From a virus: a stretch of 64,000 nt of DNA. Location of the stretch: IMG/VR virus record IMGVR_UViG_3300045988_126281, one strand, 5' to 3'. The position numbers and the translations under genes were made by a program. Below, piece after piece: positions 1 to 12,300 of this stretch. Each line of letters starts with the position of its first letter. Position 1 is the first letter of the stretch. The notes below the pieces were generated by a model. That model was not told the DNA's origin. It worked only from the letters and a program-made list of their open reading frames with translations, and made no database searches.

Positions 1-36
<36 letters not shown>

Positions 37-91
37 CTGTTCTTAATGAAGTTTATGTTAGACTTAATGATGATTTTAATAGTGAGTGTAA

Positions 92-141
92 GTATGAAAA
101 TTATAAAAATTTTCAATTTTGAATCAAAATTAGGCTTTCTC
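92..141 (-). promoter_or_regulatory. Conserved late promoter-like element, copy A
   Basis: Minus-sense gagaAAGCCTAATTTTGATTCAAAATTGAAAATTTTTATAATTTTC. Lies downstream of the giant-ORF terminators and faces a gene left of the window. Confidence 0.45.
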
Positions 142-239
142 ACATAGACTTTATATAAACATTAGTAATCTATCATTTTCTTTATAAAAGTTATTCATAC
201 GTTGAAATAAAACGTTTTATTCAAATATTACAGTCGATT

Positions 240-274
240 GCCCTTGCTGCTTATGCAGTAAGGGCTTTTCTTTT
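240..274 (+). terminator. Plus-strand terminator-like hairpin (convergent with the minus-strand terminator)
   Basis: gcccttgctgc-ttat-gcagtaagggc (11-bp stem with one G.T pair) followed by TTTTCTTTT on the + strand. Confidence 0.45.
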
Positions 275-275
275 A

Positions 276-316
276 CAAGAAAAAACTCGTGTCCAGCATT
301 ACACTGAACACGAGCT
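276..316 (-). terminator. Rho-independent terminator after the 4708-aa gene
   Basis: Minus-sense stem ctcgtgt/acacgag (7 bp, 15-nt loop) followed by TTTTTTCTTG. Confidence 0.55.
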
Positions 317-327
317 TTATTATTAGG

Positions 328-3300
328 TTAATCTTTATTTCCAATAGATTTACCAATATTTTTAGCAGCTTTAGAAGCAAAAGCGTTAGAATTAATTCGA
401 TAATAATTATTATTTTTATCAATAGTAGAAATTCTTCTAATAACACGAATAGCAGGAATATTTCTAAGAACAGTAACTGCATATTTGTTTTGATTAGCAT
501 AAACACCTGAAGTATAAACAGGACTCCAATCTTCATCAGTAATATCATTAATAACAAATCCTATAAGTTTAATACAATCTTCCACAGTATTTGTCATAGC
601 AACAGGAGATGACATCATAGTTGATAATTCAGAACCAAGTCCAAAAGGAGTATACATTCGAGATTCAGAATATTCTCTATCAGCAAGATAAAGTAATGAA
701 TTTATAAATATATCTTCTTTAATATCATCATCGTCAGCCATAGCATAAATTCCCATAGTAAGAAGTAATGAAGCAGTTATGCCTACAACATCAGCTAAAG
801 CACGTTTAATATTTTGTTGTTGCCAAGTAGGAAGAAGTTCCCAATTAATTTTAAGGTTGTTTATACAATCTAAGGCACAAATAGCAGTTGTTTGAATTGA
901 TTCAAGAGCAGTTATATCGCTATCATTAAAAGAAATATCTCCAGTATTTTTTGTATGTAAAGCACGAGCTTTTTGTTTGTAATTATTAAAATCAGTAGTT
1001 AAATAATTCCAAAATGCAGCATAAGAACCATATTCACGAGTACCACGAATTTCATTATAATAACCTTTAGTTCTATAACGTTTCATGATACCAGGATAAA
1101 TATGCTTATGATATTGCATAACAAGAGAACCCCACCAATATCGTTCTATAACGGCAGCAGCATTTTTATCATAGAATCCATGAATCTTTTTATTAATTTC
1201 AATTGCTCTTGTACTAAGAAAACCACATATTTCATCAGTAAGAAGACTATCCGGTTTAATATTAATCATACCTGTTTTAGAATCATAATCAAGTTGATTC
1301 ATAATAGTAGGAGCTTTATCAAACTCTTCTTTAGCATTTTTACGAAATTCATCACGCATAGAAACATATTTTTTAGTAATTTCTTGTTGTTGCTCTTTAG
1401 TAGCAAGAGATTTAATAAATTCAGTAGGAAGGTCTCTTTGGAAATTATTATATTTCATAGCAATATTTTTATCTTGACGAATATATTTTTTAAAATCATT
1501 ATATCTGTCTATAAGAACTTGATTTCCATCAATAACTTTTCTTAAAGCAAGTTCGTCAAGATTTCTTGTATAATCAGCAATACTCATAGCTTCAACTTTT
1601 CCATCTGAATTAGTAATAAGTCTATGACTATTAAGAACTGCAAATAAAACAGTATTTTGCATAAAGTGTTCACCACCTGATTGCATAGAATAAAGAATGT
1701 TTTGAACTCTTTGAGCATTTTCACTTGCACTTGCAAAATCACCTCTACCAAACTCAAGCATTTCATCAATGTTTACAACATTAAAAAATCTTGCAAGAGC
1801 AGAAGCCATATTACTCGGTTTATCTGTATTAGAAAGAGCATCATTCATCATTCCTAAAGCATTAGCTGAATAAAATCCAGCAGCTTTTGCAAATTCAGAA
1901 GTTCCAAAATATTCTTTAGCAAATTGTTCTCCAAGAATATTAACTAAACCAGTTGCAACATTAGTAATACCTCCATAAATATTAAATATCATATATTTAG
2001 CAGAAGTAATATTTTGAAGAAAATCTGCATACTTTGTAAGAGGATTAAGCTTTTTATATTCTCCAAAAAGAACTCTCTTTATATAAGTTTCAAAAGCATC
2101 AATAGTTCCTTTTTGAGAAATTTCAAGATACTTAGTATCATCAGAAACATTAAAATTTTTATCTTTAACAAGATTGCCAAAAGGACTTACTTTAAGAGCA
2201 TTTCTATGTTTTAAATCTTCAAGTTGAAGATACATAAGATTTTTGACTTTAGCTCTAGCATCATATTGATTAGCATTAAAAATAAATTGTTTGAAAACAT
2301 TTTCCCAATCAGTATTTAGAACAGATTTTTCAAGTTCTTTGTTTTCTTTTCTAATTTCATTATTTTTAGAAGTAACATCATCAATATATTTTTTATATTC
2401 AGTATCAGTTTCTAAAGTTAACTTAGGACGAACTTTAATAAGTTGTTTATATCCTTTAGCTTTAAGCTCTTGAAGCATATCAAATTTAGGCTCAAAATTT
2501 TTTGCATAAGAAATATCTTCATGCCAAGTTCTATCAGAATAATTTCTAAATTTCAATCCAGCAGCTTGAGCAAGTTGAGAACCGTACCATTTAGCATCAA
2601 TTTTAGGATTATAAAGTCTAGGAGCATTACCTTCTTTAATAAATTTTTGACTTTGTTTATTAAGACTAAATTGAGTCATAATTCCACGAAGATAATTTCT
2701 CATTTCTTTTTCAGCATCATTTAAAGCAGGAACATTAGGATTGTTATAAGAACCTGTATCAGTTCTATAATTATATGAATTTTCTTTATAATTAGGATTT
2801 ATTTGTTTAGGAGTATGTTCAATATTATTTTCTCTTGGTTTCCATTCATATTGTCCTTTAAGACTACCATCTTCCTTATAAGAAAGTTTAGTCCAAATAG
2901 GAAGAGCTTCCCATTTTCTTTTATAAGGATTATAAGTATGATTAAGATTAAACCAATCATCATAATATTTATCAGCAGCTTCTTTTCCTTGAGATTTTTC
3001 TATTTCTTTAGCCTTATTAAGAACATTTTGAAGTTCAGTATAATAATGGTCAGTATTAGTAAATTCTACATTAGAATTAAGAAGTTCTCTTGCTTCAGTT
3101 GCTTCTTTATTAATATATTTTTTAACATTAGCAATTTCATCAGCATCAGCAACTTTAAATGGGTCTCCTTTCTTTTTAGTTAAAGAAAAATACCCATAAA
3201 TAAATTTATTAGGAATATAACCAGCAGTTTGTTTATTTTTAGATTTATCTTTAAGAACAAAACCATTTTGATTAGGCTCACAAAAAATCATTTTAAAAAC

Positions 3301-6300
3301 AGATAAAGCATTACCGCCAAGTCTAATGGCTTTAGCATAACTTTCCATAAACTTTTTATTATCAGTTTTAGCAAAAGTTTTAACAAGTTTCTCTGAATCA
3401 GATTCCTCTACGGGCAGGCTATCTTTATCTTCCGAATATAAATCTCTAAGTTCTTGATAATATTGAGCTAAATCTTGTATTTCAGCTTGACCTAAATTTT
3501 TATAAAGAATATCAAAATCTATTCTGCCAGTATCTTTATTTATACATTTATAAAGAATGTTATTGATTCGAGTATAAAGTTCTTGTTTTTTAATAATACC
3601 ATCAGTACCTTTAGGAATAAAATTTAAATCTCTATAAAACCTATAATTATAAATAGGCTGTTCATCAATATCTTTAATTAATCCAGCATCAGAATAAGCA
3701 AGTTCATTATCTGGTCTATTAAAACCTTTACTATTATCATAATTTCCATTTTCATCAATAGAACCAAATGGTTTATATTGTTCAAGTATTATATCTCTAA
3801 TCTGAGATTTTTCTTCATTAGTAAATTTAGTTCCATCAATAGTACCAAAAACATCATATAAATTAGTAGTTTTTTTATCTTTAATATCTTGAAGAAGTTT
3901 TTTAAGTTTTCTTCCATTAAGTTTATTACTATTTCTTTGAAGAACTTTAAAAGCTTTATTTATTTTATCAGAAGCTTCTTCATTAGGAATAAAAGTAGCA
4001 TTATCTCTTAACCATTCAACAGAAGCAGCATATTTAATATTTTGAAGTTTAACTTCTTCAGAATCATAAGGATGTTCTTTATTATAATTTTCAACAACAT
4101 CAAGATTATATTTAAGATTTTCTTTAAAATCTTCAGAAACAACATCTTCAAAATATTGTTTATTAAGAGCTTTCTTCTTATCAGTATATTCTTTAATAGC
4201 TAAAGCAATATTATATTGCTTCTTTTGTTCAGATTCGTTTTGAATAACAAATCCATCATCAGTAAATATCAAATCTGTATCTTCAGTATTATTATAAACT
4301 CTATTAGGATTTGAAAGATTAGCTACTTGACGTCTAAGATTAATAAGTTCTTCTTGTTGTTCTTTAGTAAGGTTTTTAGAATCATTATAAAGAGCATAAA
4401 GTTTTTGTCTTAACGTAAGATATTCTGCAAATTTATCACCAACTTTAGCAAGAACTTCTTCTCTTAATTGAATATCTTTTTTATAGTAATCATCTGGAAG
4501 TCTTTGATTAGTATTTTTAAGTTTCCATTTATCAAATTCAAGTTTTTTTCTTAAATATTCGATAGAAGTTTCTCCTTTAGTAGCACGAAGTTCATCAAGT
4601 TCTTTTTGATATTTAACTTTATCTTCTTTAAATTTATCAGTATAATCTTGAACAAATTTTCCATATTTATTAATTATTTTATTATAATCAACATTTCCTT
4701 TAGACTTAATTTCTTCAATTTTCTTTTTATATTCAGCAACCATTCTTTGTCCTTTAATTTCTTCTGTTTTAAGGACACGTTCAACCATTTTAGTAATAAC
4801 TTGAATTTGTTTATGATTAATATCGTGAATATCTCCAATCCAATGAGCACCAAACCCAGAATCTCCATAAACATCTGTAAGAGTAACAAGACCTAATTGA
4901 ACATTAGGATTAGTAGAATAATTATCTGCTAAAAATATATTAAAAACATTATCGTATGCTTTATTAATTTTAGCAATAATTTCACTATCTCCTTTTATTC
5001 TGTCAATAGTCTTAGAAAGTTTTATAAGAGCTTTTGCTGTATCAGCGTCATTACTAGTAAGATAAGCCCCAATATTAGAATAAATATTTTCTCCAAAAGT
5101 TCTAAGTTCAAGAAGAAGTTTTATAAGTCTATCAAAATCCCCTTTATTTTCTTCTTTATTAAGTTCTTTATAAAGATTAGGGTCTGATATAGAATAAGTA
5201 TTACCATCAGAAAGAGTAAAATTAGAAACATTTGCTAAAAGCTCATTAGCTTTTCTTTCATAATATCTATTAGCAATAGAATAAATATCTTTTTTATGTT
5301 CATTAACTTCTTTAATAGAATCAAGTCTAATTCCTTTACTTAAGAAAAGATTAGAATCATAAAGACCATTATAAGTATTTCCTCTATTAATAGAATATTT
5401 AATATCATTTGCTATAAGTAAAGGAAGTCTTTGCTCATCAGTAATTTCAGCAGTAGTTCCAGTTGGAATATCTATATCAAGGTCATCAAAAACAGAAGCT
5501 TCAAATTCAACTTTTTCTTCATTTCTTCTTCTAATTTCATCAGCTTCTTGTTTAACAATAGCTTCATCAGCAATAAATTCTATTTTATAAATAGACCTAT
5601 CTCTATTAGTATTGGTTTCAAAATATTTATTACCTTCTATTTCATTATCATAAAATATTTGTTCAGAAGTATCAAGAGGAGAATATTTACCTTTTTTATT
5701 AGTTTCTACATTCCATTTCTTATAAATTTTATTATTAATTCTAGTAACAGAATAAGGAGTAATTTTTATAGTAACTTTTTGGTCATTTATATAAATATCT
5801 TGAAAAATAGCACCATTTTCTTTAAGATTAAGTACACGATTAAGTTGTTCAGATGTATTATAAACAAGTCCATATTCTACATCAGCTCTTTTACCATAAT
5901 TAATATACCATTTAGTAACATCATTAACAAATTTAGAAGCAGCGTCATGTATAAGTTTTCCTTTAATAGAAGTATCAGTAAAATTATCAGCCATGACCTG
6001 CAAATAATCAGAATTAATATCTTGTTTTACATTTTTAAATTTATAAGTAGGAATTTTAGTAGTTTTATCAGATTCTGATTTTATAATTTGTTTAACATCA
6101 TCTAAAGTTAATTGAGAATTAATTTTATTAGTAACAATATCTTTATAATAGTCATAAGGTCTAAATCTATTATTTCCATTATTAATAGAATAATCAGAAG
6201 TTTCATTAGCCTCAAGTTCATTTAACGGAATAAGATAAATTCCTTGTAATTTATCGTTACGAACAATTTTATAAAGGTTATGGTTACGTTTCTTTCCAGT

Positions 6301-9300
6301 ATAATATTGAAGCTTAACATAACCTTCAGTAGAATCAGCAGTTAATCTAATTTGTTCAAGTAAATCTTGATATGACTCGGTTAAAGGAATATAAATAGAA
6401 TCATCGGAAAGAATACAATTATTAAGTTTATTTCCAAGATTCATTGTTTGTCCTTCAGTAGAATGTTTAGGAAATCTATAAGTTCTAACTAAAGCAGAAT
6501 GACTACGAACAAATTTGTCAACATAATTTTGTCTAAAATTATCATTATATTTAAGTAAATCTTTAAATCTATCATTAACAGACATAATAAGATTTTGTTT
6601 TTCATCAGTAATAGAACTCATTAATCCAAGTCCATTATTATTTATATCTGCTTTAAGAATAGAATTAGGAATTACTTTTGAAATACCATTATAAGTAAAA
6701 TTAAATCCTTCAACAATAAAAGCATATTTAACTAAATCAGCAGCAGCCATTCTTACAAAATAATTTTTATTAAAGAATGCTTCATTAAAAAGTTTAAATA
6801 TATCTTCAATATTATAATTATCAGTTTTAATAGTTATTCTATTTTTTGAATAACCTTTATTGTTAACTTCTGTTTGATTAAATTTTTGAACATTAACAAT
6901 TTCAAACAGTCCTGCATCATAATTAAACATTCGTTTTATAAATAGAACTTTTTGAGCAGGAGTAAGTCTATTATATCTATTAATAAAATCACTATGATTA
7001 GCAAGTAATTCCTTTACAGGGAGGTTTATGATTTCGTTACGATAAAGTTCTTTATCTTTACCTTCTGGAACTTCAATAGTATCTTCAATTCTATCATTTT
7101 CTTTTTCAATAAAACCATAAATTCTACCTTTTTCAGCATTCCAATATTCAAGACTTTCATTAACTTCATCAGCAATTCTTGTTCCATCTTGAACAAAAAA
7201 GCCATTTTTATTAATAGTTATTGGAGTACTTAAAACAGGAATATTGTTATATAACATAGAAACAAGATAACGTTTATAAGTATTATATTGTTCATCAGTA
7301 AATGAACGTCCAATTAATTGTTGAACATTTTTTGTAATATCATTAAAATCTTTACTTTCTGTAAGAAATAAATTTTGATTAACACTTACAGATGTAGCAG
7401 TAGAATATTTAAGAATATTAGCAAGATATTTATATTTAGATTTTTCTGTATTAATATTAATACCGTCTTCAGTATATTTATAATCAGGATAAAGAAGTTT
7501 TAAAATAGGAACTTCATTTCCGTTATCATCTATACCAAATAATTCATTAGTAGTAGGATTTTTATCATTATTTGTATAATTTTCAATATCTTCAAGAATA
7601 GCTCTTGTACTTCTTATAGTTTGTCTTGCACCATAAGAATCAGGTCTTGTACATTTAGCAATAGCATCAATACTTTGAGAAAGATAATAATAATTTCTAA
7701 ATGTTAACGCTATTCCTAAATCATAAACAAAATCTTCATAAGTATTATGTTCAGATTTAAGATTATTAACAAGAGATTCTCTTTCTATATTAGCTTTAAA
7801 TTCAAAAAGATTACTATTACCATTTTTATCAAAATTAATTTTAGTATCAAAAACTTTTTCAAAAGTTTTAATAAATTTAGAATCTTTAGATAAAGTATTA
7901 ATAATTGTAGTTAATGATTCCCCTCCATGTAAAGGAATTGCATTATATTTGGTAATAATAGATTTAATTCCTAAATCAATTGCATTACCATAATTTTTAA
8001 CAAATTGACTTAAAAGTTTATTATTTTCAACATTAATGGCAGTAATAGCAGGTTGCATTAAAAATGCAATAGCTGTTTTATAATCAATTCCTAAATCAAC
8101 AAGAGTTTTAAAAGTACTAAATGTAAACATACTTTCATTATAGATAGCACCTTCTTTAATAGCATCAAGAATATGAGCAGTTGTTTCAGAAGAATAAACT
8201 GTTACATATCTACCTATAATATTTCTATCATTTAAAGAATGCCCAAGTCTATTATGATAAACTCTTGCATAAGTAATTCCATTTTTTTCATAAACTTCTA
8301 CTTTATCACCATATGCTTCTTTAATAGTAGCTAAATCATAATCTTCTCCAAGTTTATAATCTACAATTATTCCGTGTTTAATTTGAGTTCTAAGAATATT
8401 ATTAACAGAATTAAATGTATCTCTATTAACAGAAGCTGCTTTAAGTTGTTTTCCATCAATAGCATTTTGCATAAATCTAAATTGGTCAAAAGGATTATAA
8501 GAAGAATAACTTTTTGCAGAAACTCCAATTATATCTTCAAGTTCAGATTTAGCTTCAGTAATATCATCAAAATTAGAACGAGCTTGATTTTCTTCATAAG
8601 AAGAAACATCTTGCATAATATTAACCATTTGGTCAAGAATATAATTATTTCTTTCAGCAGTAGTCATTCTTTCTTCAATAGGAAGATTTTGATATTCATT
8701 AAATGATGGAAGATGAATTTCTTTAGAAAGCTTATTAAATGCTTTTAATTGAACTAAAAGACTTGGTTTTCCTTTATCATTAATAAATGGCCCTTTAGCT
8801 GTTTCTTTAGCTTTAATAATATTTTTTTCATCAGATTTACTATTATTAAGAATATCTTTAATATAAGCAATATATCCTTTTGCCCATTCCGCTTCATTAG
8901 TTGGCTCTTTATATTCGATTTTATGGAGATTACCTTCTGAATCTTTATACATTTCATAAGAAATACCATAAATAGTATCAATATCAAAGTCAGAACCAGT
9001 TTGTCTAACCCATTCATCAGCTACTATTATAGTAGAGCCATAAGCAGAATCAACAAATCCTTTTACTTTAAGAACAGAAACTGATTGTTTACCTTCAGTT
9101 GGAATACGATAACCAATATGAATATCAAGACCTTCTGATTCCATTTTAGCAAGAAGACGTTTATCAAACTCTTCTTTAGAAAGTCCTTCTGCATTATCTT
9201 TAGTCCATTGAGGAATAAGTTTACTCCAACGTGGAAGATAAACTTCCATATAACCTGTTTCTTTAACGGTTCCATCTTCATTATAAATAGTAGGACGATA

Positions 9301-12300
9301 TTGAAGTTTATTTGAATAACCAACTCCAGTTACTTGAGCAGCATGCCAACCAGGAAGAGTTTGTCTAGTAATAGATTTATTAAACATTGCTTGAGCAATA
9401 CTTTCAAGTTTGCTTGCAACGTTATTCATAAAATTAGGCATATCTACAGAGCCATCTTCGTTTGGAGTAATATATTCAATAAAATTACTATCCATACCAA
9501 GACGTTCAGCTTCAACTCTTGCTCTACGATAAAAATCTTTAAAATTAATATTGTACTTATTAAATTCTATTTGAGAAGCAGTAAGTGGATTACCATTTTC
9601 ATCAGTAGTTTTATAGAATCTATTTTGAATTTTATTATCAACAAATTCAAGACCTATATTAAAAAGAAGTTGATTAAAACTATTTTTAATATTAGCAGAA
9701 AAAGCTGTTTGAAGATTATTTACAGATTTCTTAACAGATGGATTACCACTATTAAGATTATCTTGAATCTTCTTCATAATTTGAATACCAGCTTTATTTT
9801 CTTCATCAACCATATGGTCAATAACATCTTGTTGTTTATAAAGATTTCTATAATAATAATTTTCTACATTAGTATTATCTTTAATAGCTTCAGTAAAAGA
9901 ATCAAGTTGTAAATTTCCATTATTGTCCCATAATGTTAAAACATTTTTATTTGCAGCTTTTGATGTTTCTTTAGTATTTAATTGTGCTATATCATTATCA
10001 ACCATTAGACGATAAATATAATCTAAATCTGAACCTTTAGGAAGTAATTTTGGTATTATTACAAATTCGGCATTCTTTATCTGTCTTGGATAATAAACTT
10101 GATTAACAGAATCATAAGCAATATCATAATAAACATTCTTTTGAGGCTGAATGCGAGCATTAATTTCATTAAGCTCATCACCTGTTAACTCATAATTTTC
10201 ATCAATAAGCTTCCAAAGTAAATCTTTATAATCATTAAGAGTACCATCATAATATCTACGACGAATAAATTCATCAAGAGTAATAAAAGATTGAGCATCA
10301 TTTACTTTTGCAACAGCTTCATAACCTTTAGTGATATATTCAGCAGTGGCATTAGCCTCTTTTTCAATTTGAGATTTAGCAGCATTAATATATTTATTGT
10401 TGAGAGATTTATAATATTCATTAAATTCTTCAACAGACATTTTATAAATCTCTTCAGCAGTTTTATCTAAATGAAGTTCTTTAGCTATATTAGCAATACT
10501 TCTTCTAATTCTTTCACGATAAATTTGTTTTCTTTGTTCTTCAATTTTATCATAAGAATTAATAGTATTATAAATAGTAACAGCTCTAAATCCATTTTGG
10601 GCATAAGTTTTATCAACTTTAGTAAGACCATTAGGAGTCATAAGATTTCTACTAATAGAAACTTTTTCACCTTTATCATTAGTTAAAAGAATTTCTTCTT
10701 TATTTCCATTTCTATCAGTAACTTCTGTAATTTCGCCTCCAATTTCTTTTCCAAAATCAAATCCACTAAAAACTTTACCTCCCATTTGAGTCTCTTTAGC
10801 TCTCTTAAGAAAAGTTTGTGCATCTTTATAAAATTTATCAGAACCTTCAAATATATCATCAAATGACATATAATCAAGAGTCATATTATAAATAGCAGCT
10901 TTAATAGTGTCTTGATTTATATCAGAAGGAAGAATATCAATAAACTCTTGAGATTGAGTTTGAATATAATTATCATAGGCTTTTACCCATTCTTGTATAA
11001 TAGGATTAATAATTTCATTTACTTTTTGCTCATCAAATATTAAAGTTTTGTTATCTTTATTTGTTTGAACAAATTTAATCAATGAATGATTAGGATTGAT
11101 ATGAAGAGTTCCATTTTCTTCAATAAACAAAGGATTGTTTATGGTTTGATTATTAGCACCCTCCCTGTAAAGGGATAATGATTCTATAATCTTACGACCA
11201 TAATCAATTCCATTAATATTAAATAGTTTTCCAAAAGTAAATGCTCTACCAGCTAATTCAAGATGATTATTAACTTTTTTAATAAGTTTTCCGTCTTTTC
11301 CAAGATGATAAGTATCATAAAGATTTTTAGTATTTGTTTTAAGATTAAACTTATCATCGAAAACATTCATCACTTGAGTAATAAAATTTTGAAGTTCTCC
11401 AAGAACATTATTACGAAGTCCAATATGAACAGCTGAACTAAAATTATAACTTGTACGATTAGGAAATTCTGATTGTAAAAGAGTATAAGATTCTTGTTGT
11501 CTAATAAGATAATTAAGAATAATATCTAAAGGATTAACTTTATTGTCCGAAACTATAGAACTAATAGTAGCTTCTTTAAATATATTTCTTGTTTTTCCAG
11601 TAGTATCTCCAACTTTTTTTGCTTTAAGATAAATAACAACTCTATCTTGAGTTTCTCCAATATCAATTCCAAAAGGAAGATAATAATCTTTACCTTGTTT
11701 GATTGCTTTACTAAAAGGAAAATTAAATTCTTCTTTGATTCCATTATTTTTAATAATATTTAAAAATAGTTTAGCATTATCTTTAGTAAGCAATTCAGTT
11801 TTTGAAATTTTATTAAGAAGTTTATCTTTAATAAGTTCTTGATTAACTTTATCACTAAGATTAGCTAAATATTTATTAAAAATATCAGAATTAAGTCCTT
11901 CTTCATCAGTAATAAAAATATTATTTGTAGGAATAATAGGCATTTGAACTGTGAATATATTAGAAGCATCAGAAGGGATTCTCATAAATATATTAGTAAA
12001 ATTATTTTGTTTACTATTTGAATCTTTTAATACTTCTGAATTACTATTGTTTTTATAATTAATAGCTGCTTTAAAAGCATACATATTAGCAAGAAAATAA
12101 TCAGGCTTAGCCATTTGTTGATAAACAGTTCCATCTTGTTCAGCAACACTTCTAACGCCATCAAATAAAGCAATATCGAACGCATTAATAACATCTATAT
12201 TTGCTTTAATTCCAGCTCTATCTTTAGTAAATAAACCTTTGACTATTTGTTTACTTCCATCATTAATTCCAAATAAAATATTACTATAACGATAATATTT